Of a stretch of DNA of 64,000 nt, positions 28,811 to 41,849 are shown in pieces; position 1 is the first letter of the stretch; each line of letters begins with the position of its first letter. This DNA comes from Octopus vulgaris (lineage: Eukaryota): NCBI GenBank assembly GCA_951406725.2, contig OX597831.1, positions 41,540,001-41,604,000 of the forward strand, read 5' to 3'. The notes beneath the pieces were generated by a model. That model saw only the letters and a program-made list of their open reading frames with translations. It ran no database searches and had not been told where the DNA came from. The translations under genes were made by a program, and so were the position numbers.

Positions 28811-29759
28811 GTATATATGAGCATGTCTAGATGTGTAACTAGATACATGAGAAGACATACATAAAACAAAACATACAAGACTGCACATATACATACATTC
28901 AAAAATATCCAGTTGATGTTGAAATTCGAATGAAGGAAACTTGGATCTAGGTTAGAAACCGGCACTTTCTATATTGACAAGAAATCTCGAAATATAATTG
29001 AATGATGACATATGCACATCCATACATACATGCAGGCGGGCATGTAGCATTTGGAGTTTGAAAAAGACGGTTCTGCAATTCAGTTTCATGCTGGACAAAC
29101 CTGCACTACATTGATTGTTTATCGTGAACAAATGGTTGTGTTGTACATTAGCTCGCTCTCTCCATCAGATTGACATTACCTTTACAGGTGTACCACCCAT
29201 CAGGAGTCGAAGTGATCGAAAAGCAAGTTGTGATGAAGTATATTGCTCAAGAACGTAACGCACCCATCGGCCCGGGAATCGAACCCGCGATCGTGAGTAC
29301 AGCACCATAACCAGTAGGCCACGCACCTTCACTTACATAATACGCATATCTTTTATCTTTTGCTTGTTTCAGCCATTAGACTGCAGCCATGCTGGAGCAC
29401 TGCCTTGAAGATTTTTTAGTCAAATGGATTGACCCTCAGTATTTTTTTTATTTGTTAAAGCCTGGTACTTATTCTATCCGTTTCTGTTGTCGAACCGCTT
29501 GGTTACGAGGAATGTAAACACGCAACACCGGTTGTCAAGTGGTGGCGATGGTGGGACAAACACAGACATAATGACACATAGCGATCGATATACATATATA
29601 CCAGTGCTTCTTTCAGTTTCCCGTCTACCAAATTCATTCACAAGGCTTGGTGGGCCCGAGGCTATAGCAGATGACACTTACCAAGGTGCCACGCAGTGGG
29701 ACTGAACCCGGAACCATGTGATTGAGAAGCAAGCTTCTAACAACATAGCTTCGCCCTCG

Positions 29760-29848
<89 letters not shown>

Positions 29849-30533
29849 ATATATATATAAAGTCATGTTTCCATGCGCTGCTAGAACATCTTCCGTCTAA
29901 GCCAGAAAAAAGGCCTTTTCGTTTGTTTTTCTCGTTTGTTTTCTCGTTTATTTTGATTTCTCGTATTGTATTTTCTATTTATTTCTCGTTTTGTATTTTC
30001 TTGTACATGTATTTTATTGTGCAGTTTTATTGTTACGTCCTGTTTTTGTTACATTTTTTCGTGCTTGTTTTACCCCTCTGCGAGGTAATTTTATTTTAAT
30101 TCTCTCGCAGGAAGGTCTAGTTTTGACGAGTCGTGTCCTGTCTTGCCTTCGAAACACGCTTGAGTCTACTAGCGACAGCTGATGATTGGGGATTTTTCCT
30201 TGTGTAGCATATCCTGTACTCTGTTTTTCTGTTGTAAAAAAATGTTTTTCCCGTTTTCGTTTCTCGTCCAGTTCCACGTCTCTGTTTTTCTGTTGTAAAA
30301 AAAATGGCTTTTCCGTTTTCGTTTCTCGTTGAGTTCTACGTCTAGTTGTGGTGTCCTGTATTCACGTATATATATTTATATATGCATGTATATATACATG
30401 TAGATGTAGGTACGTACATATATGTTTGAATGTATGCATATATTTTATTTATTACACTATTGTCTGACAGCGCTTTCGCGTCGGGTTCGTTTCGATTCGT
30501 CGCTTCGTTCCATTTCTTATCCTCCCAGTATTG

Positions 30534-30605
<72 letters not shown>

Positions 30606-32405
30606 ATATTAGTTGGTGTACCCGGTAATTCTCGGTGGGGGGATGTTCTATTGAAACGCCTTATTACTCTGATATAAGAAAGCAATTTCGTTATAACTGC
30701 CACAAAAGGTGTATTTTCCGTCACGAAAAAGTACAAAAAACCCGTCAGCTGGAGGAGGGAGAGATTGTTGGAGGTTGGCGAGAGAACTTTTCGGAGGTTG
30801 GCGAGAAAGATTGTCGGATGTTGGTGAGAAAGGTTATATAAATATATGAATGAAGTGTTTGATGAAGGTGCAATAATAACGTTCATATTCACTGATGGTC
30901 GCTCTCAGTAACTGCCTTTCACTTACGGAGTTCTTGTTTTTATAACTATTAAAAAGCAGCCAGAAGGATAGACTTATTGTTGAGAACAAATGATTTCGTT
31001 GGAGGCTTGGTATCTCCATTCCAGCTGGTGGTGGCCTAGAAGAGCTTAGAAGGGTCAAGCGGCAAAGACATTAGCGAAGGCATCTGGGAAATGTATAACT
31101 GCTGTCATTCACAGAAAAACTATTGTTTTACCGTGAGAAAAGCGCTGTTGAAGTGTTAAGTGAAATTTGGCAATCGAGGATCGAATCCACGCTGTGCCTG
31201 CATGAAGCCACTACAAATCCGTTGTGGAATAAAAAATGCATCTACTGTCATGGAATATTTGTTACTGTAAAAATTCAGAATTATCGGAGTAATGGGCATT
31301 CAAAAAAGTATGTATGTATAGAAATGTATGGATGAAATCTTTAAGGTTTAAGATTCAAATTAAGTTAGTGCAACAATATTGTTTAGCAGTTCAAAGCTAA
31401 GTAGTGAAAGGGAGAATTAGGTTGACTGATCGTGAGAATCAAATATTGATCGCTTCGCTAAAAACTGCAGGTGGTGTGGGTTATTTCCCTTGAGTAGTTT
31501 AAATAGAATATCAGTAATATGTAGTAGATAGAAGGATCTATTGGAGGAGTCGTATTATCGATTTTTTCAACAATCTAAGTATGTCACGAGGTTTCGAGCC
31601 GTAGGTCCTACTCACGTGTCAAAGTGATATTGTCTGCAAAAATTAGAAATTGGACACACAAAAAAAATCAATATTCAAAGTAATCGAACATAAACAATGA
31701 AATGGATTATTTTCCTTGATTGTTTTATAAATATTGTGCAGATGCTATGGGTTATTTCCCTTGAGTGTTTAAAAAATTAGTTATATGGGGTAGATATAAA
31801 GGTCCCTTCCAGGGGCCATATTATCGATTTTTTTCAACAATTTAATTATGTCCCGAGGTCTCCAGACATGAGTTCTACTCACATGTCAAGTTTCATCAAA
31901 ACCAATAAAACGATGGAGGAGGAGTTAGCTAACAACGCCACAAACAAACACACACCGATTTTCCACATATGTAGTGGATACGTATATTCTCATATATTTT
32001 TGATTATTTGCAGTCTTGCTTTATGAAGGAGTTAGATTCTAACAAAGATACAAAGCTCAACCATCGGAATGTAGATAACAAAAATAATGACACACTTTAG
32101 ACTTGAGAAAATCCTCACATATTTATACTATACGCTTAAGTATACTACATTAAAAAAAGACGTGATGGGAACAACTAGACTGCTTTCGATAATGTCCACT
32201 TGAAAATAGATTAGTATCCACAACACAGCCATTTTCATTAATAGTTAGGTTGTTGCGCTCATAATCGCTGGATTGGCTTCGATTCTCAGACAGGGAATGT
32301 TGGCCTGCTCGCCTAACCAGCGGGGTGGCGTCATTCAAAGGTTAAAATGATGCAAAGTGCATCATGACCAGCAGTGTATAACATTTGACAGTCTGATCGA
32401 TATAT

Positions 32406-32479
<74 letters not shown>

Positions 32480-32602
32480 GTGTTCAAATTTATAGAAATC
32501 AAAAGATGAAGACAGGTGAGGCAACAATCAAGTGTACTAGTTTGATTCTCGAGTAATATATATATATATATATATATGTTGAAGTTAAATAAGGCCATTT
32601 TA

Positions 32603-32665
32603 TGGGATTTCGTTATGTTTCACGTCCATAAAGGGCCTGGCTTTATGGCGTATCATCAGATCCCA
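32603..32665 (-). ncRNA. Hammerhead-like motif with mutated cleavage triplet
   Basis: Minus strand: TGGGAT-CTGATGA-tacgCCATAAAG ccaggcc CTTTATGGacgt-GAAAC ataac GAA-ATCCCA. Confidence 0.6.
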
Positions 32666-33116
32666 ATACCCGTTGGTTAAATGCCTCTCTAGTGAATGGC
32701 CTCTCTAGAATAAGGATGAGAAAATGTATGCATACACACAATGATATTGAATATAATTCCTATTACAAGCACAACACCATAATTTTTTTGTGATCAGAGG
32801 ATAAATATCTCCATTTTGGTGATTGTCATTGAGATTGGGTTTTGTTTTATGGACAACGTAAAAATGGAAAGCAAAGTCAACCACAGACGGACTCGAGCCC
32901 AGAAATATGAAGTTATGTAGCTAAATACCGCCAGCAAACCATTTGGCCTGTGCTCTACAAGTGTTCCGATCTGCTATCGCTGATGTTGTTGGATATGTGT
33001 CGATAGCGACACAGTAATTCATGTTTGAGACATCCTGATATTTCAAGTTGCTGATACGACTACGACCTATTTGGCATCAGACGTTATGATCTCTCTCTCA
33101 CACACACACACACACA

Positions 33117-33149
<33 letters not shown>

Positions 33150-33468
33150 ACTCGCTCCCTTCCTCGCTGTCTCTCACTCTCTGAGATATATTTTTCTATT
33201 TCTATGAGGAGAAAGTAAGTGTTAATTGTTCTCAATTGATAAATGGTAATGTTTGTTTCTCTTTCTCCATTTGTGTGTGTAACAATCTAGTTATGTTTGT
33301 ATGTGTAATCTCTCTCTTTCTCTCTCTCTCCCTCTCTCCCTCTCCCTCTCTGTGAGTATATTGTTCTTTATGTGTATGAGGAGAGGGAAAATATTTGTGT
33401 CAATAATGCTCAAGTAATACACTGTCACGTCTCTCTCCCTTTCTCACACACACACACACACACACACA

Positions 33469-33508
<40 letters not shown>

Positions 33509-33691
33509 GTATATTTATGCACGCACATACGGTGGCGTGCGTTTGTCACCAGTGCCAAAAACTACCCTCGTAAAAACAGCTTCAATGTCCAGTAAGTCCC
33601 GGCAAATCGTTAGTGTCCGATCAGCCGCGCCATGTCGTCTTATTCCTCAATAACGTTGACCATGCTGGTAACAACAGTCACAGCTCTTCCA

Positions 33692-33810
33692 TCAATGTTT
33701 CTTGTATGGTATAAAGGCCTCCGAGAGAAACAAGGTACCGCTCAAGAGAAGGCCGACGCCGTTCAAAATGAATTCGGGATTGTATGAACCAGTGACGTCA
33801 CGAAGGTAAC
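33692..33810 (-). CDS. SLC16-like transporter, terminal coding exon (copy A, proximal)
   Basis: Acceptor ttcaacag. Phase-1 join gives (G)YLRDVTGSYNPEFILNGVGLLLSGTLFLSEAFIPYKKH then TGA, matching the MCT 'G.L.D.TGSY...F...G' TM12 motif. Confidence 0.88.
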
Positions 33811-34045
33811 CTGTTGAATAATGTAAAATATAACAATCGTTATAAGCAAAATAGAAAAGAAAAGGTACGGAACGTATTGAGAATAAATATACAAATCATA
33901 ATTTAGAATCTAGCTGTACACAGCACAAATAACGATTTTTTTTATTGGTTGGTAGATATCAACAGTAATCAACAAGTAGTATGTTTGCTGAAATTCTAAA
34001 CAAAATCACAGGTTCTTGTTTAAGCTAAAAGGTCCGAGAGTGCTC

Positions 34046-34084
34046 CTGACTGACGTATCACATGTCGAAACACTGGTGTCTCAG
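34046..34084 (+). ncRNA. Degenerate hammerhead motif
   Basis: CTGA-CTGACGt-atcacatgtc-GAAAC ACtgGT GTC-TCAG. Stems I and III are good; the core A9 position and stem II are decayed. Confidence 0.5.
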
Positions 34085-35359
34085 ATCTCCTCGTAACAAT
34101 GAGCCGTCTATGTTATGAACGCATTGTCGTCGTAAAAAGGAATTGCCCTCCAGTGACGTATACAACAGCGATTAGCATATTTGCGTTTGAATCTGCTGGG
34201 AGGTATTAAGAATAAATAAACTGGTACTCTGTCGATTACGACGACGAGTATTCCAGTTGATCCGATCAACGTAACAGCCTGCTTGTGAATTCAATAAAAC
34301 AATTTTGTCATTATTGATCTGGTGTTTTGGAATATAAATCAATTTGAAATTTTTATGGCAAGTTTATATTTAGTTCACTTTAAAACAGGAAGTTTGTATT
34401 TTCGAACCAGGGGCAAGTTTTACGAGAGTTGGTATCAAAAGAGCCAACCCTTTTGATATCACATTTCAGTTGAAATGCACTGCCCTTGTTTCAATTAATT
34501 CTGAAAATATTGAAGAATTCAGTAAAATAAAACTATTATTGTTAAGCTGGCGTAAGTCGGCGAGCTGGCTGAATTGTTAGCACGCCGGGCAAAATGCTTA
34601 GTGGAATTTCGCCCGGCTTTACGTCGTGTGTTCAAATTCCGTTTTTGCTTTCGTCCTTGTGAAGTCGATAAAGTAAGTACCAGTTGAATACTGGGGTTGA
34701 TGTAATCGACTTACACACTCCATCGAAATTGCTGGTCTTCTATCAAAATTTGAAATCATTATTAAGTTGGTGTTTAAACAGTAATTAACATGAAATTTTC
34801 ACGGAAGGCTTTTTAAAAAAAAAAAAATTAAAGATTACTTGGAAGCGGAAAGTTTCTATTATAGAACCAGGGACGAACCCAGGCGGGTTGGTGTCTAGAG
34901 AGATAAAAACAGAAACGAATTTTTAACTGAAATGTAAAATGGGACTCCCTTAAAATAGAAACACAAACTTTTGTATTGTTTAATAAATCTCTGTCGAATC
35001 TTATCAAATTCATCCTTTTGACATGATCTTTCACCTATATAAAAGTTATAACGTTCTATTTTAGTTCGTTGTTACATGTGTACTTCTAGCTGTTTATATA
35101 ATTTGCTATGTTAACTCTTCAACTTTCGGTCTGAAGTTGGCATAAACTTAGTCTTTATCAACTCTATATTTTATTGAATTAAATTATTCCGTGGGAAAGA
35201 GCCACAATTTTTGTTTCCGTATTCTTTTGCCGTTTGATTTAAATAATTTTGCAATATTTTACACAGGTGAGGTGGAAGGAAAAACTGACGTGAGAGGAGA
35301 ACTGAAGAATGAGAATGGTGATACTGAAGCAATAGGAAATGTTGGAGGAGAAAGGAAAA

Positions 35360-35590
35360 CATTCATTTAAACTCGTTAGTGACATAGTTCCGAGTTCGAA
35401 TATGGAATGTCGTTCCTTCGATTTCTTGAGTGTATGAATACATAAAATGTGGAGATGCCGCACAATCATGGCGACAGGTTGGCCAGACATATTTGGTGGT
35501 GGGCTTCGAATATGCTCCCGCAAGTGATTGTCAAGGCGGTGGCCTGTTTCTCTGATATATAGTCAAGCTTGTGCGACCGACTGTCAGAAT
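35360..35590 (-). mobile_element. Penelope-like element GIY-YIG endonuclease remnant (intronic)
   Basis: The minus strand reads YIRETGHRLDNHLREHIR...PVA...RH...IFELGTMSLTSLNECF, matching the PLE pattern 'YIGETG..L..R..EH...PVA.HF...IF.LGT..P.GLN'. Confidence 0.75.
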
Positions 35591-35942
35591 ATTCTCGTTC
35601 CGAATCGAATAGAAAGTATTTATTTTTTCTTAATTCTGATTTAGTTTTTACAACCATACACATGCACAGAAAATTACATTCATTAATATATATATTTTTA
35701 ATATAACTCTTGTCGAAATGTTTGTGTGTGAGTTCAATGTTTTACGAAGATAAAATATCTGGAATCTTGAACTGTTAGTAAATAACTTCAACTGAGAATT
35801 GACACTGAAATGTAATTTCGAGTCATCGGAGTTTAGCTCCTGATTTTCATGTTAAAACCTTGAATTAGTAAAAAAAAAGCTCAAAACGAAGGAACTGAAA
35901 ACCTTAGAAGAAAATGAGAATTATTCAAGATGAAATATTTAC

Positions 35943-37007
35943 CTGCAAAAGGATATGCTATGGTTCCCAATATCCCTGCGCCTAATATTACCAAACCGAC
36001 TGCCTCCGAGATTCTTTGAGCTCCAATAAAATCCACCATGACTGTGTTCGAAATTGAAAAATATATACCACTGGAGATTCCATAACAGGCGCAATACATT
36101 GCGAACAGAAAGAATTTGGTATAGAATGATACAAAGCATGCAGCTATTCCATGAATAATGAGGGCAACCCCAAGTAGTCGAGCTCGGTTCATAAACTTTC
36201 GATCAGCCAAGAAAACTATTAGCAGACGACCCACAAGATCGCCTGCACCAGAAATTGTTAGAAAAAGAATTCCATCGTTAGAAGACAATCCTAAGTCTAC
36301 CGAGTGAGCTGGGGAAAATGTTTGGGGAAAAGAGGAAGCAGCGCTCCCAAGAACTGTTCCAATGTATCCGCAGACAAATATTTTTTCCTTGAAGAGGGTA
36401 AAATCTGGAGCTACTCTTCTGAACCTGGCCAATAAACCTTCTGAATGCGTTTTGGCATCAGTTTTAACGATGCCATTCTTTATCACATCGGAAGATTTTT
36501 CTAATAAATAAGTACTTTTATCACAGTCTTTTTCATTAGGCCTTGTGTTAATTACAAGAGAAGGGTTGCTTGGTTCAACTGACTGCGAGTTAACATTGCC
36601 ACAGCTATCTGTGTCTTTTGAGTCTGTCAAAAACGGAGAGATTTCTCCGTCATCGTCTGACTGTAGTTTCATCGATTCGGTTTGTTTTTCCCCTTTAGCA
36701 GTTGTATTTCTTTCATTTAGTTCTACATCGATAGAACTGATGACTTTCGAACGTGTTGTTGTGTCACAGTAACTGATGGGGCGTAGAAGGGCGCCAAAAA
36801 CAAGGCATTGTAGATAAATACCAGCGTTCAGAAGAAGAGCTCCGCGGACTCCGTAGGTTATTATAAGGTAGTTGAGTAAATACGGAAGGACGAATTGTCC
36901 GAGGCTAACTCCACAAGCAGATATCGCATTTGCTGTGCCAAGGTAGCGCTTAAAGTAGGTACTCTGCACAACTATACAAGATCCGTATACAAAAGCACGT
37001 CCAGTTC
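35943..37007 (-). CDS. SLC16-like transporter, large internal exon (TM4 to TM11 plus cytoplasmic loop)
   Basis: Lies within ORF 35881-37035. Acceptor ctag, donor GCA G|gtaaat; 1065 bp, phase 1/1. MCT motifs: YFKRYLGTANAISACG, YGVRGALLL, GALLRP, GDLVGRL, LADR. Confidence 0.92.
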
Positions 37008-37513
37008 CTAGTATCAGAAAGAAAAAGAAAGACAAAATTTAAAAAAAAAGTATATATAATATTACTATTATGGTTAATTATGAATATAAAAATGGCTAAT
37101 CAGTATATATATATATTGGCAGGAAGGGTACAGAAGCTTAAATCGATATCCAGTAACTTGACTAGGCTGTGGCTCTCATGGTTTCTGATCAGTTGCTTGA
37201 CCTTAACCAGTTGAAGCATGTTCTTTATTGGCTGACGATGTATACACCTCAAATCACGATCAGGAGTAGTACGGGAGCATCATAGCCATGTGTTGAGAGG
37301 GAGTCATTGCGGTTTGAATAATTCACCCCTGGAAGCAACAACGACAATAACAACAGCTATGATCAAGGTACATAGCAAATGGTTGCCCTTTCTCTACCTT
37401 TTGACAAATGTCATCCGGATACTTGTCCTTAAAGTGTGTTCCCTTGTGTCTAAGATGCCGAGCATTGAAATCTAATAGGAAACAATTTAGTTGATAAGTG
37501 AAATGATTCCTTA

Positions 37514-38127
37514 ATTATACAGCCATGTTTTGCAAAGGAAAGAGCTGTAATGAGTCATGATTGTTTCAAGTTGGTGCAATCACTTTCCGTTGCTTTTATA
37601 TCCAGACTCTACCAGTCAAAGAAACACAAAACGCAGACGTAAAAAATAGATATACTTTATTGTTTTATACCGGTGAGAAATCAGTGGTATATCTGATGTC
37701 CTTGGTTCTGGGCGCGCAAGGCTGAAAGTTAATCGATTGTAATATTTACAATGTTCAGCCGCTAAAAACAGAACGGGTCAAAATGGCGTCCGGAGGAAGA
37801 AGATGATGTCTGCAACAATTCAGGTTAAAAGTCTTCGGCCAAAAGACTGCTGCTATCAAAACCGGAGAGAGAGCGAATTAAACGTCTGCTTCTATGAAAA
37901 GCCTGCCGCTGTCTGTCGGACGCTCATGGTCAACGCTTTACGCTCCCTTGCCTCTTTGTTAAGGCTCGCTCTCCCTTGCCTCTATAAGCTAAGGCCACGT
38001 CAGCAAAATTCCCTCTTTCGGACTTCGTGTATTCGCGAGAGGGCGTTGCGCGCGCGCGCTGTTGTATAGGATCATTACACAGCCATGTTTTGCAAAGGAA
38101 AGAGCTGTAATGAGTCATGATTGTTTC
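37514..38127. repeat. 54-bp direct repeats (37514-37567, 38074-38127) flanking a CpG-rich insert of about 506 bp
   Basis: atta(t/c)acagccatgttttgcaaaggaaagagctgtaatgagtcatgattgtttc occurs twice, 560 bp apart. Confidence 0.9.
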
Positions 38128-38476
38128 GTATTAAGGTAACCCAGCACAGTTTCTTATACAAGTGTTTTCTGTCATAGCCATGGATCAATCAAAGCCTCAC
38201 GAGGAAAACTTCATAGGCGGAAACTATGTGGAAGCTCTTTGAATAAATCCGTTCCTGTTCTTACAAGGTAGACTTTATCTGTCTCTTGGTTTAAAATCAT
38301 AACCTGGCACCACGGTGGGCAATTTTCACGAAGTCCATTCTGCTGGAAGCATTCAGACCATGCTTTCGGTCTGAGGATAAGGTTCCCCCTTCCTCGCACA
38401 AACCTTGGAGGTTGTGGAAAGGACAACAGCTACAACTCTCCTTAACTTATTAAATTTAGACTAGCAAATTACTTAC

Positions 38477-38620
38477 CATTAAATACATGAAAGAAGGGCA
38501 GCCAAAATACATCTTTGGTAACAAAATCACAGATAAAAGTCAGCGCACTCAAAACAGAACCACAGAGGACAAATGTTCTGAATGAAATGAATTTGGCCAG
38601 AAAGTTCATCGCTGCAAATC
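38477..38620 (-). CDS. SLC16-like transporter, internal exon
   Basis: Acceptor ttttctag and donor G|gtaagt; 144 bp, phase 1/1. Encodes hydrophobic FAAMNFLAKFISFRTFVLCGSVLSALTFICDFVTKDVFWLPFFHVFN, in frame with both neighbouring exons. Absent from the ORF track. Confidence 0.85.
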
Positions 38621-39029
38621 CTAGAAAAGAACATAAAAGAATGAAGTATGCATCCTAGTTATGACCAAACTGTTGTGTTACGTGCCATATCTGAAATGTC
38701 TTATGTGTTATATCTTAACTGTGACAACGAAATACTGTCTTTACCCAATATATATTACGTGTTATTATTAAGCAGTTACATGGTGATGAACCGACAGAAT
38801 CGTTATCGCGCCGGACGATACGCTTGACGCTGAGAAAATGCTTTAAAAGTGTGGTTTATCTTCTCTGGACCCGCTTTAGGCAAGAAATTGAAAGTTTTTT
38901 GCCCATGACACTCCATGGACTCTATGCGTAAAATTTCATTAAAATCGGTTGGGTGGATCTCGAATTTTAACGACATGACAAACACACAGGCAGACACATC
39001 ATGTATTTTATAGATATAGATATTCTTAC

Positions 39030-39173
39030 CTGTTAAACAACTCGCTACATGTTCAGCACTCAGAATTGTTGATATGGCTGATGAAGATGCGTTGAACATT
39101 TGCAGAATCTCAATGAAAAAAATCCCAAAACTCCGACTGTTACCCATCACAAGAATCATTAATGTTGTCGTAG
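39030..39173 (-). CDS. SLC16/monocarboxylate transporter-like MFS gene, internal exon (TM1-TM2 region)
   Basis: Acceptor tttacag and donor G|gtaaga; 144 bp, phase 1/1. Encodes TTTLMILVMGNSRSFGIFFIEILQMFNASSSAISTILSAEHVASCLTG, matching the MCT 'G...SFGIF...F' motif. Confidence 0.85.
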
Positions 39174-40361
39174 CTGTAAACAACCACAAGAAAAATAGTT
39201 AAAAAATTTTTTTATTTGTTTTGGTTTTCACAAATTCAAACATAGTATATGGTATTCAGTTATGTTTCTAAATTTCTTATAGAAATTTCGAAATAATTTC
39301 TTAAAATTTCCCCATTAATTGTAAACAAATTTTCTAATGGCGTTTTCTCGATTGTCAAGCATCGTCTGTCTATCTTAAATTATGTACAGAAATATCTGAT
39401 GCCAGTCTCCTCAGTATGACCAGAGTCCTCAATCTGGATTCGTTGTTTAAAAACGTTTTTTAAAATTGTTTTAGTCGTTGGACTATGGCCATGCTGGAAC
39501 ACCACCTTGAAAGGTTTAACCGAACAAACTGACTCCAGGAATTCTTTTTTTTTTTTCAGTCTGTGTTTTTTCTTTTTGTCTGAATTGCCATGTTGCAGAG
39601 ACAAACAAATCAAAACCAGTTGTCCAGCGATGGTGTGACAAACATAAACACACGCACATGCAAATACACATACGACAGGCTTCTTTCAGTTTCCACATAC
39701 CAAATCCATTCACCATGCTTTGCTCTCTATCCCTTCCAGGTCGATAACATTAGTACAAGTTGAGCTCTATAGTTGGTGTAATCAACTATATACCAGCTCC
39801 CACCTAATTGTTGGCCTTGTGCCTATATTAGAAAATTATTTTCTCTAGTAAAGTCTCCCCAAGAACCCCCATCCCCTAATGTAACCGGTGCTTTCTCTAC
39901 CACTATCAAGGATTCCACTGAGAGGCGTGGGGAAGGAAAGAGAGAAACGTATTACTGTTTTCCGAACAAATGCATTGAGATAAAGTCAAATGTAACCTGG
40001 TTGGTCGTCATCAATAACGTGTACCCACAACCAGCATACTTAGAAACCTGCCATCACCGATATATATAGGGAGCCCATCATCATTAATATGTAGGATAAC
40101 GTTGAATAAAAAGAAAATCAATTACTGATGTTGAAGGAAGCCGCACAGCTGAATAAAAATCCATACAAGCATATCTGTGAGCACACGTTATTGATAATAC
40201 TTAACGAGGCAAAAATGCATATGGCATCCTCACTCGCCGCTGCTGGGACGAACTTCCGTCTCCTTCTAACATACACTTATTGTGTTATTACACAAGGTGT
40301 CCATAGAGGATATTATCTCTGGACGATATACATACATACATACATACATACATACATACAT

Positions 40362-40411
<50 letters not shown>

Positions 40412-40682
40412 TCTTTTGTTCTTTTACTTTTTTCAGTCATTTGACTGCGACCATGCTGGAGCACCGCCTTAAAGGGTCTTAGTCAAACAAATCGACACGA
40501 GGACTTTTTGAAAAGCTTAGTACTTATTCTATCAATCTCTTCTGCTAAACCACTAGATTTCGGGGACCTAAACACAAGGCTATAGTAGACGACATTTGCC
40601 CAAGGTGTCACGCAATGAGACTGAATGTAGAACCATGTGGTTGGGAAGCAAACTTCTTACCACACAGCTACGCTTGCGTCTA

Positions 40683-40832
<150 letters not shown>

Positions 40833-41467
40833 TATATACATATATATATACACATATGCACATACACAACGAAACTACCTCGTCATTAGCACCAGTTTTC
40901 TAGATGGCAAATATTTCCAAGAAAGCATAAAAGTGTACAACGAAAAGTAACAGTAGAGCTGCAAAAGTATTCTACAGATCTGACCATAAATGCTTTCAAG
41001 ACCAGATACAATCAACATACTTCTTTCTTCTTACACAAAAGTAGAACCACGGCAACACCCACTAAATATGTCCAGACCTGGAAGGACAGAAATATCCGCA
41101 ATAACAAAATTGGCTAGCTTGTCATCAAAACATCACTGTTATACATCTATGATTTTGAATGTTCATTCTGCATATTCGAAATGTATAACATACTAACGTA
41201 GGCACTGCATTTGTCTAATTCCAAACAAGAATTGGTCTCTTCCTGTCCCCACCAGGAATTTCTCTTTGTTGAGTGGATAATTCTCTATACATTCTGCTTT
41301 TCAACTACGTACCATGTAAAAGATACCCACCTCACTCAGTTGTACTGTCAAGGCTCGCTCCACAATATACCTCTTTATTACCAACCCTTTTTACATGGCT
41401 GTTACAAACAGTTACAACTAGTACAGTGTTATTTCCTTTGATAAACTACACCATTTATAGACAGTCA

Positions 41468-41699
41468 CTTAAGAGCCCATGGGTAAAATGTTTATCAATG
41501 TACGTAGAAATCGGGGTTGGTGGGGCCGACAAAAGGTCCGTTGGAATAAATCAAGGTCAGGCCGCGGTCAAATCTAGTAGGTAAAGAATTTGACTAGATT
41601 TGACCGCGGCCTGACCTTGATTTATTCCAACGGACCTTTTTGTCGCCCCCCCCCGATTTCAACGTACATTGATAAACATTTTACCCATGGGCTCTTAAG
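41468..41699. mobile_element. Foldback palindrome bounded by TTAA (possible Kolobok/piggyBac-type MITE)
   Basis: Arms 41468-41578 and 41593-41699 are near-perfect reverse complements. TTAA at 41469-41472 and 41695-41698. Confidence 0.7.
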
Positions 41700-41769
41700 G
41701 AGCGTCCTCGTTCGAATTGCTTTGCTGCGCCTTTGTTTTGTTTTGTTCTGACAACGTAATTCCTGGTTT

Positions 41770-41849
41770 TTCCTGAAGAGAAAGCTGCAATATGGTATCC
41801 TTATTTAATCAGAATTTGGAAAATTGTGGCCTTTGAAACATGTGTAGAA
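41770..41849 (+). ncRNA. Minimal type I hammerhead ribozyme in a Penelope pseudo-LTR
   Basis: ttc-CTGAAGA-gaaagctgcaat...attgtggccttt-GAAAC ATGT GTA-gaa. Confidence 0.7.

Noticed and set aside
28920-28970. Hammerhead-like spacing (aatga...stem...gaaaccgg) after the R4-like fragment
   Set aside because: The core is too degenerate to support.
30100-30510. Possible hammerhead pieces (GAAAC...GTC...CTGATGA at about 30151-30185; minus-strand GAAAGCGCTGTC near 30465-30478)
   Set aside because: Stems could not be completed or the CTGANGA box is missing, so they were not counted.
38803-39029. C-terminal part of ORF 38803-39189
   Set aside because: Read-through past the splice donor at 39029 into intron and repeat sequence; only 39030-39173 is exon.
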